Source: Rebecca billardiae RCC1528
Lineage: Eukaryota; Protista; Haptophyta
Assembly (NCBI GenBank): GCA_965240325.2
Contig: OZ251227.1
Location: 3,425,301-3,489,300 of the forward strand
DNA: 64,000 bases
Direction of reading: 5' to 3'
Shown here: piece after piece, positions 1-11,376 of the stretch
Position numbering within the stretch: the first letter of the stretch is position 1
Layout: every line of letters starts with the position of its first letter
The notes under the pieces: generated by a model
Told to the model about the DNA's origin: nothing
What the model saw: only the letters and a program-made list of their open reading frames with translations
Databases searched by the model: none
Position numbers and translations under genes: made by a program

Positions 1-235
1 TCGATGACATCCGGATCGGTCATATGACGTACTATATCCGCGATCGCCGATCCGGCGGGCCGAGCGGCTCGGGCCCGACAGTCCGGTCCGCGTACGGCGT
101 AGCAGACCTCGGCCCGACGGCGAAGGGGCGTTATTCGGCGGGATGGGCATGGCGCCGGCGCGGGCGAGGCGACTGACGACGACGGGCTGGCACAATCAGC
201 CGGCTCTGCTCGCTGCTGGGTCCACCGGCCGCGAG

Positions 236-655
236 TCACGTTCGGGCGCCGTCGGCAGCGCCGCAGCCTGCGGTCGTGGCGTCCTGTGCATGATCGCTGG
301 CCCACAGGAGGGTGGTGCTCTCCGCGGCGAGGCCGTCCAGCCGTCGCTGCCAGTCGTCCATCCGCGAGCCACTCGCGCCAGCGAGCCGCCGCTTCTCCGC
401 CAGCAGCGCCTCGAGCTGCGCGACGTCGCGCTCGAGCTCGCGCGCCGTGCGGCGGGACGGATCGGCCACGGACGCGGCGGCGCTCGCCGCGAAGCGGGCG
501 TCCAGCCGCGACGCGGCCGCCCGCACGGCCGCTGCGCTCGCGCGTCTTGCCTGCGCGTGCGCTGCCGCGTCGCCCGCCGCCGGCTCGCCGGCGCATGCCT
601 GCACGCAGCCCTCCAGGGCGCGCCGCAGCGCGTCGACGTCGGCCGTGGCCGCCAT
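236..655 (-). CDS. Small helical protein, probable Mediator subunit 28-like
   Basis: ATG at 655 gives 139 aa. The N-terminal DVDALRRALEGCVQAC and the C-terminal heptad LERDVAQLEALLAEKRRL...MDDWQRRL resemble the MED28 pattern as I recall it; no alignment was run. Confidence 0.5.
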   Translation of the reverse strand: MAATADVDALRRALEGCVQACAGEPAAGDAAAHAQARRASAAAVRAAASRLDARFAASAAASVADPSRRTARELERDVAQLEALLAEKRRLAGASGSRMDDWQRRLDGLAAESTTLLWASDHAQDATTAGCGAADGART

Positions 656-796
656 TGCGCCGCGCTCTCTGCTTTGCTTGTGCCGCGAGAGCCGAGATCG
701 CGATCCAGGGCGCTGCCCCGCGGCGCGGCGCCGCCGCGCCCAACCAGGCGGGGCGAGCGACCGTTTGGAACCCCACGTCTTCACTGCACGGGAGCG

Positions 797-1048
797 ATGG
801 CGGCCCTCAGGCCGAGCGCGGAGGATGACCCGTTCCTGGCGCGGCTGGTGATGCCGGGTGAGTTCGAGCGGGGCCTCGAGGTGGCCGGCGAGGAGGACAT
901 TGAGCAGTGGCAACGCCAAATGGACGCCGAGTTCGAGGCGGAGAAGGCGCGCCTCCTCGCCGAGCGCGGAGGCGTATCCGCAGGCGCGGCCGGCGCGCTA
1001 ACTGCCGACACCGAGCCGGGCCCGAGCTCTGGCGGGCCGCGGGCGTGA
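797..1048 (+). CDS. Small acidic hypothetical protein (83 aa), divergent from the MED28-like gene
   Basis: ATG at 797. Coding-like codon usage (DPFLARLVMPGEFERGLEVAGEEDIEQWQRQMDAEFEAEKARLL). Confidence 0.4.
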   Translation: MAALRPSAEDDPFLARLVMPGEFERGLEVAGEEDIEQWQRQMDAEFEAEKARLLAERGGVSAGAAGALTADTEPGPSSGGPRA

Positions 1049-1763
1049 TGCGGCGCGTCAGAGCGGCGATCGCTCTGCGCTCGGATCAGAGGCACTGACC
1101 GCACGCTCAGGGCGAGGCGGCGACGCTCGGCTGCGATCGGGCCGCTGACTGCTGTCGGATTCGGCACCGGTCTGTATTAATTACATGTCACGCTGACCTC
1201 TCCCGTCCGGGCGTCTCCGTACTAGCGCGCGGCCCGACTGCGCCGACGGGACGGCGGCGGCCACCACCAGTCAGCGGCTCAGGCCGATGACCGAAGACTG
1301 AGTTGCTGCGCGAGAATGTGTCGTCAGTAGAGTGTCGATCCCGCGTTGCCAGTCACTGACTACGGTCACTGAGTCACTCAGACCCAGTCAGACTCAGACT
1401 CCGAGTGGCTGCATGACGGTCACTCGGCCTGAGCCGCCGCTGGCGGACCGCGGCAGGGCGGCGGCCGGCCACGCCCAAGGGCCGCACGGCAGACCGCGCC
1501 GAGACGTGAGTCGTCGTGCGCGGAGGCGCCGGCAGACAGGCGGCGACTGAGCACCAGGCCAGCAGAGTGGGTGAGCAGCTGAGCGGCACAAGTTTGCCAT
1601 CCTGACTATATGATGGAATCTTCGCCAAGCACCTAGCTAGTGAATGAATAACTGAATAATGATTGACGACAGGCGGACAGTCCGACGCAGACCGACGCGC
1701 CACGCGGACCCGGCGACCGACGGAGCGGTCCAGGTCCTGAGCGTCCTCAGGTCCTGCTCATTG

Positions 1764-2173
1764 ACCATGCGGCGCGAGCTGGGCATGCGCTGCCTGCGTG
1801 GCCAGGCCAAGATGCTCATCGCCCCGCGCGCCGCATGGCGCACGTGCGCGGCCCGGGGGCACGCGCCCGCGGGGGCGCTGCATATACGACGACTATACTT
1901 CGAGACGACGGCTGACGACGCGTGGCACCGCGACCACCGCGGTGGCGCGCGCGCGTCGAGTGTCGACGCCAGACGGTGCGTCTCAGAGCTTCCGCTCGGC
2001 GATGGAGTAGTCGGCTAGGGGCGACTACAAGGCCGGGGAGGGGACGACGGCGAGGACTGAGGAGCGCTGATCCGCTGGTGTTTAACTTTATCTCTGCCGT
2101 GCTCGATCTGCTGCTACAGCTTGCTGACTCTGACGCCTGCCCGTTGCATTATGCATACCACGTCGTTATTTAA
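1764..2173 (+). mobile_element. Decayed 3' fragment of the CRE-like non-LTR retrotransposon seen at 29.5-33.6 kb
   Basis: Colinear with the 3' ~350 bp of the copy at 32705-33588 and ends in CACGTCGTTA followed by AT-rich sequence. Carries many small insertions. Confidence 0.9.
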
Positions 2174-2492
2174 TATATAATAGCCGGGTCGTTATTAATT
2201 ATTATTATTATATTATAAATATAATAATCATATATCAGCATTATAATTCGTTACCGTGGGCGGAGACTCCGTTGCCGCAAGTCGTTGCCCGCGTTGCCGT
2301 TGCGGAATGACTACTCAATGAGTAGCTGAGTGTCGCGACGAGCCTCCGTGGGCCTGAATCCGAGGCGCGGGCCGCCAATGCGCTCGGACGCGGCGCGTTG
2401 AATTGTGCTGACACCGTGACACGACGCACGCCAGTCCACGTCCGAGAGGAGTTGCCAGTCAGAATCATCGACATCGTCCTGTTACCAGTGAG

Positions 2493-3473
2493 TCACTCGA
2501 TCGGCGGCAGGTGCTCGCGCAGGAAGGACGCGGCCTCGCGCATGGCGCGCTGCACCTCGGCCATCACGGCGGGGTCGTCCGCGGGGCCGCGCGTCATGAA
2601 GCCGTGGCGCATGCTCGGGAACTCCACCGCCTTCACCGGCACGCCGCCGTTCTGCCGCACGATCCGGGCGTAGCTGCCGTCGCGGTAGCCGTCGGCGTCG
2701 TCCGCGGCCGGCAGCAGCAGCGTGGGCACGCGGATGCGCGCGGCCATCGACTCGACGGGCTCGTCGAACAGCGAGGCGGAGATCTTCCAGGAGGGGTGGG
2801 CGTGCACCGCGCACGCGACCCGCCCCGTGCCGCTCGCCTTCGCCGCCACCCAGCCGCCCCAGCAGAACCCGACCATCCCGATGCGGTTCACGTTGTGCGG
2901 CGGCCGGAGCCGCGAGTCCTGGCCGGGCACGCCCTCGGCCATGAGCCAGCCGTAGCACGCGTCGAGCTTGTGCCGCACGTCGCCCCACGCGTGCGACTTC
3001 ATCCAGCCGATCGCCTCCTCCGAGCCCGCGCGCAGCCCCGCCACGCCGCCGTGCGCGCCGATGTTGTCGCCGCCGCCAAACAGGTCGGGCAGCAGCACGA
3101 GGAAGCCGCTCGCGGCGAGCGCGTCGCACAGGCTGCGCACGCGGCCGCCGGGGGCGAGGCCGTAGACGTCGTGCACGACGACGACGGCGGTGCCCGTGGG
3201 CAGCTTGGGCCGGCAGACGTACGCGCGCACGCCGCCGGGCAGGTCGATCTCCTCGCCCGCCAGCGCGGCGCCCTCGTCCGACTCGAGCCGCGGCCACGCG
3301 CTCGGCGGGCAGCAGCCGGCGGCGTCGGGCTTGGCGGCGCCGAGCAGGCTGGGGAAGAGGCGGTTGACGAGGCTGCTCAGCGGCGGCCCGACGACGGGCA
3401 GCGCGCACAGCAGCCGCACCAGCGCGGGCAGGAAGGGCAGCACCCAGCACAGCGAGAAGGGGCAGCACACCAT
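2493..3473 (-). CDS. Dienelactone hydrolase family alpha/beta hydrolase (CMBL-like), 326 aa
   Basis: Motifs VVVVHDVYG, LLPDLF, nucleophile GFCWGG, HAHPS and catalytic HGF. Confidence 0.9.
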   Translation of the reverse strand: MVCCPFSLCWVLPFLPALVRLLCALPVVGPPLSSLVNRLFPSLLGAAKPDAAGCCPPSAWPRLESDEGAALAGEEIDLPGGVRAYVCRPKLPTGTAVVVVHDVYGLAPGGRVRSLCDALAASGFLVLLPDLFGGGDNIGAHGGVAGLRAGSEEAIGWMKSHAWGDVRHKLDACYGWLMAEGVPGQDSRLRPPHNVNRIGMVGFCWGGWVAAKASGTGRVACAVHAHPSWKISASLFDEPVESMAARIRVPTLLLPAADDADGYRDGSYARIVRQNGGVPVKAVEFPSMRHGFMTRGPADDPAVMAEVQRAMREAASFLREHLPPIE

Positions 3474-3959
3474 CGTGCGCGCGTGCGGCGGGCTGCCAGT
3501 TTCGTCGCATGCCGGGTCCCGCAGCCCGGACGCGCGCAGAAAAGCGGCTCCGGAGGAAATGGACTCGTCCGCAAAAGGACGTTACGGTGCGCGCGGCGTC
3601 GAGGGGTGCTGGGCGCGGCCGCGCGGCTTCCGCGCGCGCAGAAGCGGCCCAGAAGCGGCCCTTTCCGCGGCGAGTCGCGCTGCGCGCGCGGTGGATCTCG
3701 CACAATGGCCTTGCTGGGCGGCGCGGTGCGTGCTCCGCAGCCGGGGCTGGGCTGCACGCCTGGCGCCCAGCGCAAGGGCGGGAAGGGCGCATCCGAAAGG
3801 GCGCAGCATCAACCGCTTTTGCGCTCGGGCCGCTGGGTGGGGGGCGTCCGCACGAGGGCGTTGGCCGTCTGTTCTCCCCGGCACCGAGCCACGGCGCCGA
3901 CGCGCCTCTCCGCCTCCCGGCGCGCCGGCCCGGCGCTCCGGGCAGAGGCGCGCCGGCCG

Positions 3960-5054
3960 ATGGCGCGTCGCGCGTGGCGCGAGCCGCGCGCCGCGCTCCT
4001 CGCCGCGCTCGCGCTCGCCGCGCGCGTGCCGGGCGCGCTCGGCGGCAGCGGCGGCGGCGCGCCCGCGCCCTCGCCCACGCCGGCCGGCCCGCCGTTGGCG
4101 GCGTCGGGCGGCGGCGGCGGCGGCGGCGGCGGGCTGGCCAATCTCGCGCTGTCCGCCGGCTGCTCCCAGTCCTCCACGCCCGACGGCGCCAACTGCTCGC
4201 TCGCGCTCAACAACGACACGCTCACGCACGCGCGCACGGCCGTCGAGCGCGCGCCGTGGTTTGCGCTCGACCTGGGCGGCGTGGCGTACGTCGAGAGCAT
4301 CCAGATCGAGCAGCCGAGCGCCGCGTCTCTCGGCCCCAACGCCACCGCGCGCCTCGAGGCCTTCCGCGTGCGCCTCTCCAACGGCACGGCGCCGCGCGCG
4401 CCGCCGGCGGGCGGCGGCGCGCCGGCCGCCGCCGCCTTTGACGTGGCGGTGCGCGCGGTGTTCGAGCGCTCGCTCGACCTGCAGGTGGGCGCGGTCGGGC
4501 GGTACGTCTCGCTCGAGGGCACCGGCGCGGAGCAGGCCCTCGCCCTCGGCGAGGTCAAGGTCTTTGGCGAGCTGCTCGAGCGCGCGGCCGCGCCGCCGCC
4601 GCCGCCGCCGCCCGCGCCGCCGCGGCTCGGGCGGCGGATCGCGCTGCCGCCGCCGCCGCCGCCGCCGGCGACGCGGTTCAAGCCGCTGGGCGGCGACGTG
4701 CCGCGGTGCCACGGCACGCAGTGGTGGTGGTGCGAGGCCTCCGACTGGGTCATGATGCTCTCCGTCGGCCTCTCGTGCGCGACGGTCGCCGCGGCCGCGC
4801 GCTGCGTCGTGCTCGCGACGGCGGCCGCCGACGCGGACGCGGACGCGGACGCGTGCGGCGAGCGCGCGGCCGGCGGCGGCGGCGAGAGCGCGTGCGAGCT
4901 GCGCGTGGGCGAGCACACCTGCCGCCTCGCGCTGCCACCGCCGCCCGACTGCGCCGCCGCGCTCCTCGCCTGGGCGCTCGCGCCGGTGGCGCGAGCGCTT
5001 GCGCCGTTCGGCGGCGGCGGCGGCGGCCGCCGCCGCCGCGGCGGCGGCGGCCGG

Positions 5055-5092
<38 letters not shown>

Positions 5093-8000
5093 GCCGCCCG
5101 ACGCAGACGGCTCGGAGGAGGGCGCGGACAGCGAGTACGGCGGCGGCGGCTCGTCGACGGAGGCGTCGAGCAGCTGCGGCGACGGTGACGAGGAGACGGA
5201 GCACGCGCCCGTCGGCGCGCTCGCGCGCGCCGCCGCCGCCGCGCTGCGCTCCGGGCCGCGTGGCGCGTGGCACCGCTTGATCGCGCGGCGCGGCGGCGCG
5301 GCGCGCGCGCTCCCGCCGCTGGGCGGCGGCGGCGGCGGCGCGCCGGCGGGCGCGGTGGCGCGGCTGCTCGAGGCGTGGCGCGCGGGCGAGGTGGTGTGCG
5401 CGTACGACGCGTGCCTCGACGCCGGCCGCGGCCCCACGCTCGCCGACGGCGCGCTCGCGCTCGGCGGCGCGCCGCCGCGGCGCGCGCCGATGCGGCGGCC
5501 GCCGCCGCCGCCGCCGCCGCCGCAGCCGCAGCCGCCGCCATATCCGGCGGCGCCCGGCGCGGGCGCGGAGCAGCGCGCGCAGCAGCGCGCGCAGCAGCAC
5601 CCCGCGCACGCCGCCACGCCCGCGCCGCACCACCCGCACCACGCGCCGCTCGCGCCGCCGCCGGCCCCGACGGTCGCCGCGCCGCCGCCGCCGCCCGCAA
5701 CCGGCGCCGGCGCCGGCGCCGCGGCCGCGCACGGCGCTGCGGCGGCGGCGGCGGTGGCGGCCGCGGCGGGCCCGCACGGGCTGACCGTCTTCTTCGCGTC
5801 GCCGCTGTCGATCGTGGACGCGCAGCGCGTGGAGCGGCCGCTTGAGCTGCTCGACACCGAGCGCGAGTGCCGCCACCTGCAGGCCGCGCTCGCCGCGAGC
5901 GGGCGCGAAGTTTCCGTGAACTTTCGCGTCGGCACGCAGGAGTCCATCCGGCAGGCGCTCACCCTCGGGCCGCACTCGTCGGTGGTCCACTTCTCGGGGC
6001 ACGGGCTGCAGGCGCCGGCGGGTCTGGTGCTCGAGGACGGGGCGGGCGGCGCGCACCTGCTCTCGCCCGACCGCGTGCGCGCGCTCTTCGCCGCCGGCGG
6101 CGACGCCGCCGCCCTCCGCCTCCTCGTCGTCAACTGCTGCCACTCCGCCGCCGTCGCGTCCGAGTTTGTGGCAGCGGGCGTGCCGCACGTCGTGGCGTCG
6201 CCTCTCCAGGTGCACGACGCGGCGGCGGCGGTGTTCACGGGGGCGTTCTACCTGGCGCTCGCGGTGGGCCGGAGCATCGCCGCCGCCTTCGAGATCGCGC
6301 GCGAGCAGGTGCGCACGCACCCGCGCCTCGGCGCGCGCGAGGCCGCGGCATTCCACCTGCTGCCGCCCGGCTCCGATCACTCAGAGGCCGTCTGGCCTGG
6401 GGGCGCGCGCAGCCGCGCGCTCGGCGGCGCGCCGCGCGGCGGGGGCGGCGTGGGCGCGGGTGCGTGGGCGGCGGCGGCGCCGGCAGTACCGCCCGCCGCG
6501 CCGTTCGGCAGCGCGCAGCTCCGCGCGCTCCCGTGCCTCCCCGAGGACTACTGCGGCCGGCAGCTCGAGAGCGCAGCGCTGCTTCGATCGCTCGCGCGCC
6601 GCCGGCTCGTCGTCGTCACGGACGGCGCGCCGCCGCCGCCGCCGCTGCTGGCGCGCGCGGGCTGCTCGGGGACGGGGCGCAGCGGCGGCGGCGGCGGCGG
6701 CGCGGGCGTGTGCGCGTCGGCGTCCGGCGAGCACGGCGGCGGCTGGGGCAAGTCCGCCCTCGCCCTCGCCACCGCGCGCTACGCCGCCGTGCGCGGCGTG
6801 TTCGCTGACGGCGCCGCGCTTGTGCGCTGCGACGATTTGGACGGCAGCGCGGCGCAGCTCGCGGCCGCGCTCCGGGCGGCGCTGCTCGGGGGCGGCGGGG
6901 AGGAGGGGCTGCTCGGCGGGGTGCGCGAGGGTGCCGAGCTCGCCGACGCGCCGCCCACGCCCGGCACACCCGCCGGCACACCCGCCGCCGCCGCCCTCGA
7001 CCTGGGCTGGCTGCGCGCGGCGCGCGGCGCGCGCTGCTTGCTCATTCTTGACGGCGCCGACTGTTACGTCGACGACTGTTACGCCGGCGACGGTTACGCC
7101 GGCGGCGGTTACGCCGGCGGCGGTGACGCCGGCGGCGGGGGCGCCGAGGGCGACGAGGCGGCGGAGGGCGGCGGCGGGTGCCTCGGCCGCGCCGCCCGCC
7201 GCGCGCGCGCCCCCCCGCCGCCGCCGCTGCTGCAGCTGCTGCGACCACTCTTTGAGCGCGCCCCCGGCCTGCACCTCGTGCTCACCGCGCGCCGACCGCT
7301 GCCGCCGCGCGCGACGGTGCGTGCGTCCGCAGCCAGCGCGCGCGCCGCGCCGTGTGTCATGCATCGCGCGCGGCGTGTGATGGCGTGTGCGTGGGGTGTG
7401 CATGGCGCCGCCGCCGCCGCTGCCGCGTCGGCGCTCACCGCGTCGCCCCCACCCACGCCCTCTCCCGCGCGCCTCGCGCCCGACCGGTCCATCACTGGCC
7501 GTCCTCTTTTTTTTTATTCTTCTTTTTCCTTCATTTCCCTTTTCGATGTATTTTATTCGGTGTTTGCCCATCGCGTTCTTTTGCTCTGCTGCTGCTGCAG
7601 CTGGGCCTGCCGGTCAAGGCGTGCGTGCTGCCCGTGGGGCCTCTGCGCGACGAGCTCGACGCCGCGCGCCTCTTTCTGCGGTGCGCGCGCCAGCGCCGCA
7701 CGCGCCGAGGCGACGCGCCGCCCCGCCGCCGCGCGCGCTGACCGGCTGACCGGACCGCCCGCCTTTGCTCCCGCCGCGCGCGCCGCGCTCGCGCGCGCCA
7801 CCGCAGGCGGTGCGGCCGCCAGCTGAGCGCCGCCGAGCTCGACGCCTTCCTGGAGGGCGCGGCGGAGGCTCGGCCGGGCGGCGGCGCCGGGGAGGGCGCG
7901 GCGGACGAGGTGGCCGCCGCGCAGCGCGCGCCCGCGGCCGACATGCTCGACGGCGGCGGCGCGGCGGCGGGCGGCGCGGCGGCGGCGGCGGCCGTCGCGC

Positions 8001-8155
8001 CGCCGCCGGCCTTCGGCGCGGCGGACGGCGCGCGCGGCCGGCTCGCGCGGCTCGGCGCGCACCCGCTGCTCCGGCGGTGCGGCGGGCACCCGCTGCGGCT
8101 GCTCGAGCTCGCCGCCGCCGTCACGCCCGACACCGAGCTGCGCGCCCTCTTGTGA
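3960..8155 (+). CDS. Receptor-like protein: signal peptide + F-type lectin/discoidin domain + TM + CHAT protease + STAND-type P-loop NTPase (exons 3960-7316, 7601-7680, 7807-8155)
   Basis: Hydrophobic N-terminus. Lectin motifs NLAL..CSQSST, PWFALDLG, EVKVFG. TM WVMMLSVGLSCATVAAAARCVVLA. CHAT motifs VVHFSGHG and VVNCCHS. Walker A GWGKS, Walker B LLILDGAD and GGHPL. Two GT-AG introns restore the frame exactly. Confidence 0.8.
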
Positions 8156-8363
8156 TCGGCCGCCGCTCCACCGTCCACCGTCCGAGACGGTCCGAAAGTG
8201 CATGACGAGGGTGCCGTGGCAAGTGTGCGACAGTGAGGGTGCGACAGTGAGTGTGAGTGATCCAGTGCATGTGGAACAATGAGTGTGAGCGTCCAACGGT
8301 CCAACTGAGAATTCGGACTACGAATAAAGGCGGCTCCGCCGCTGCGCTGCGCGCCACGAAGTA

Positions 8364-9157
8364 TAGGGACCCACAAATTTAGTTGCCGGCTGCAGCAGGC
8401 ACGACTTTGTCTCAGCCCGCACGCCCGCTACGCGCCGACCCGGGCAGAGCCCATCCGCCCGCGCATGCACCAGGCCCAGCCGCGTCAGTACATACCCACC
8501 CGGCCGCGGCACCCGCGCTCTGTGCGCCACGGTGTCGATGCGCCCGGCAGTCGGTGCGCATGCACGAGCCAGCCGGCGGGCAGCTACGGGCTGGTTTTCG
8601 GCGTGGAGCGCGGTCGTGTGAGCTGCATTAATTCAGCTGACCCCCGGCTTTTGTGCATTCGGGAGTCGTGCTGCTACGGTGGGCGTGCCACGCGCCAACT
8701 CGACGCTGGCAAAATTAGGCGACGAAAGTGCACGCGCAGCCACACGCAGCCCATATTGATGCTCTCGGAGCAGGCTCGGGCATGCACTCGATCGGCTCTG
8801 GCTGACGGCAGCGCCAAGCTGGCGGCGCGGCGCGAGGGTGCATGCGTGGCGTGGGCGGAGCTACGTCGCACACGCACCGCGCGGCGCGCGGCTCAGCGCA
8901 CGGAGGCTGCCGACAGCCGGCGGCACGCAGGCAGGTCTGCTCGCCGCCAGTCGAGCTCGCCGGCCGCCGGGTACCAAACGTCAACCCAGGATGCACAGCC
9001 ACGCCTATTTGCGAGGACTCGAGCAATCGGGTCCGGGCGCACCTCATGTGCACGGCAGTGGAGTGGGCCAAGTACGCCCCTGGTATGGTGGCGCGCCGCT
9101 GCTTTGCTGCGCTGATATGGCGAACAATGTCGGGAGGCTTAAACTTGTGAGGGACTA
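8364..9157 (+). repeat. Left long terminal direct repeat (794 bp)
   Basis: Matches 13154-13947 at offset 4790; the shadow ORF translations are identical. Runs TAGGGACCCACAAATTTAG...TTAAACTTGTGAGGGACTA. Confidence 0.95.
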
Positions 9158-9163
9158 AGTGAG

Positions 9164-11258
9164 CAGCCTCGGCTGAGGCCGTGAGCTGCCGTAGGCTGAT
9201 CTGACCCGACAAAAGTCGGCGCGCGAGCGCGCGCGCGCGCGGCGCGGCGCCGCCCCGCTGGCACGTGGGCTCGGTGTGCCTGGGCCGCGCCGAGTGCCCC
9301 GCACCCCGATCTCGCCCAGCTAGCTCGTCCTCGCCGCGCTCTGAGGCCCCCGTAGCAGTCGTAGCTGCTCGCCGCCGCCGCAGATCGTGAAGACCAGCTG
9401 CTGTCAGCTGCTCGCTCTGAGCCGGGACATGGGGCCGCGTGGAGGAGGCGCCGTGCGGCCGGGCGCGCGCGTGCGCGTCGAGCGGCCCCTGGGCGCACTG
9501 CTCACGCGTCGGCGCGCCCGCCCGGCGCGCGCATCATCGCTCAGTCGCGCCGCTCTGCTGAGCTAGCCGCCGCTGGTCGCAGCCGTCGGCTGAGGCCGTG
9601 AGCTGCCGTCAGCTGATCTGACCCGACAAAAGTCGGCGCGAGCGCGCGCGCGCGCGCGGCGCCGCGCCGCCCCGCTGGCACGTGGGCTCGGTGTGCCCGG
9701 GCCGCGCCGAGTGCCCCGCACCCGGATCTCGCCCAGCTAGCTCGTCCTCGCCGCGCTCTGAGGCCCCCGTAGCAGTCGTAGCTGCTCGCCGCCGCCGCAG
9801 ATCGTGAAGACCAGCTGCTGTCAGCTGCTCGCTCTGAGCCGGGACATGGGGCCGCGTGGAGGAGACGCCGTGCGGCCGGGCGCGCGCGTGCGCGTCGAGC
9901 GGCCCCTGGGCGCACTGCTCACGCGTCGGCGCGCCCGCCCGGCGCGCGCATCATCGCTCAGTCGCGCCGCTCTGCTGAGCTAGCCGCCGCTGGTCGCAGC
10001 CGTCGGCTGAGGCCGTGAGCTGCCGTCAGCTGATCTGACCCGACAAAAGTCGGCGCGCGAGCGCGCGCGCGCGGCGCGCCGCGCCACCTCGCTGGCACGT
10101 GGGCTCGGTGCGCCTGGGCCACGCAGAGCACCCCGCACCCGGATCTCGCCCAGCTAGCTCGTCCTCGCCGCGCTCTGAGGCCCCCGTAGCAGTCGTAGCT
10201 GCTCGCCGCCGCCGCAGATCGTGAAGACCAGCTGCTGTCAGCTGCTCGCTCTGAGCCGGGACATGGGGCCGCGTGGAGGAGGCGCCGTGCGGCCGGGCGC
10301 GCGCGTGCGCGTCGAGCGGCCCCTGGGCGCACTGCTCACGCGTCGGCGCGCCCGCCCGGCGCGCGCATCATCGCTCAGTCGCGCCGCTCTGCTGAGCTAG
10401 CCGCCGCTGGTCGCAGCCGTCGGCTGAGGCCGTGAGCTGCCGTCAGCTGATCTGACCCGACAAAAGTCGGCGCGCGAGCGCGCGCGCGCGGCGCGCCGCG
10501 CCACCTCGCTGGCACGTGGGCTCGGTGCGCCTGGGCCGCGCAGAGCACCCCGCACCCGGATCTCGCCCAGCTAGCTCGTCCTCGCCGCGCTCTGAGGCCC
10601 CCGTAGCAGTCGTAGCTGCTCGCCGCCGCCGCAGATCGTGAAGACCAGCTGCTGTCAGCTGCTCGCTCTGAGCCGGGACATGGGGCCGCGTGGAGGAGAC
10701 GCCGTGCGGCCGGGCGCGCGCGTGCGCGTCGAGCGGCCCCTGGGCGCACTGCTCACGTGTCGGCGCGCCCGCCCGGCGCGCGCATCATCGCTCAGTCGCG
10801 CCGCTCTGCTGAGCTAGCCGCCGCTGGTCGCAGCCGTCGGCTGAGGCCGTGAGCTGCCGTAAGAGCTGATCTGACCCGACAAAAGTCGGCGCGCGAGCGC
10901 GCGCGCGCGGCGCGCCGCGCCACCTCGCTGGCACGTGGGCTCGGTGCGCCTGGGCCGCGCCGAGCGTCCCGCACCCCGATCGCGCCCAGCCCGCGCGTCC
11001 TCGCCGCGCTCTGAGGCCCCCGTAGCAGTCGTAGCTGCTCGCCGCCGCCGCAGATCGTGAAGACCAGTTGCTGTCAGCTGCTCGCTCTGAGCCGGGACAT
11101 GGGGCCGCGTGGAGGAGGCGCCGTGCGGCCGGGCGCGCGCGCGCGCGTCGAGCGGCCCCGGGGCGCACTGCTCACGCGTCGGCGTGCCCGCCCGGCGCGC
11201 ACATCATCGCTCAGTCGCGCCGCTCTGCTGAGCTAGCCGCCGCTCGTCGCAGCCGTCG
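9164..11258. repeat. Tandem array, 5 x ~417-bp units, inside the transposon
   Basis: TCGGCTGAGGCCGTGAGC recurs at 9169, 9586, 10003, 10420 and 10837. Units are nearly identical. Confidence 0.95.
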
Positions 11259-11376
11259 TGAGACGTGACGTTAGACGTAGAGTAAGCTATAGCCTATAGG
11301 CTGATATGATATGACTCGAGATCTACTATACTGAGCAGCTAATAAACTATATACCATCATTGTCCGACACTGCTCT

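Noticed and set aside
2511-3959. N-terminal extension of the 1771-aa ORF
   Set aside because: It is antisense to the dienelactone hydrolase; the real start is probably ATG 3960, before the signal peptide.
8465-9115. 216-aa ORF in each LTDR (possible accessory nuclease)
   Set aside because: No recognisable motif (no RuvC/TnpB or His-Me finger) and the composition is shadow-like.
9164-11258. CRISPR-like array or repeated 124-aa ORFs
   Set aside because: Whole units are near-identical with no variable spacers, and the ORFs are GC-rich shadows with non-ATG starts.
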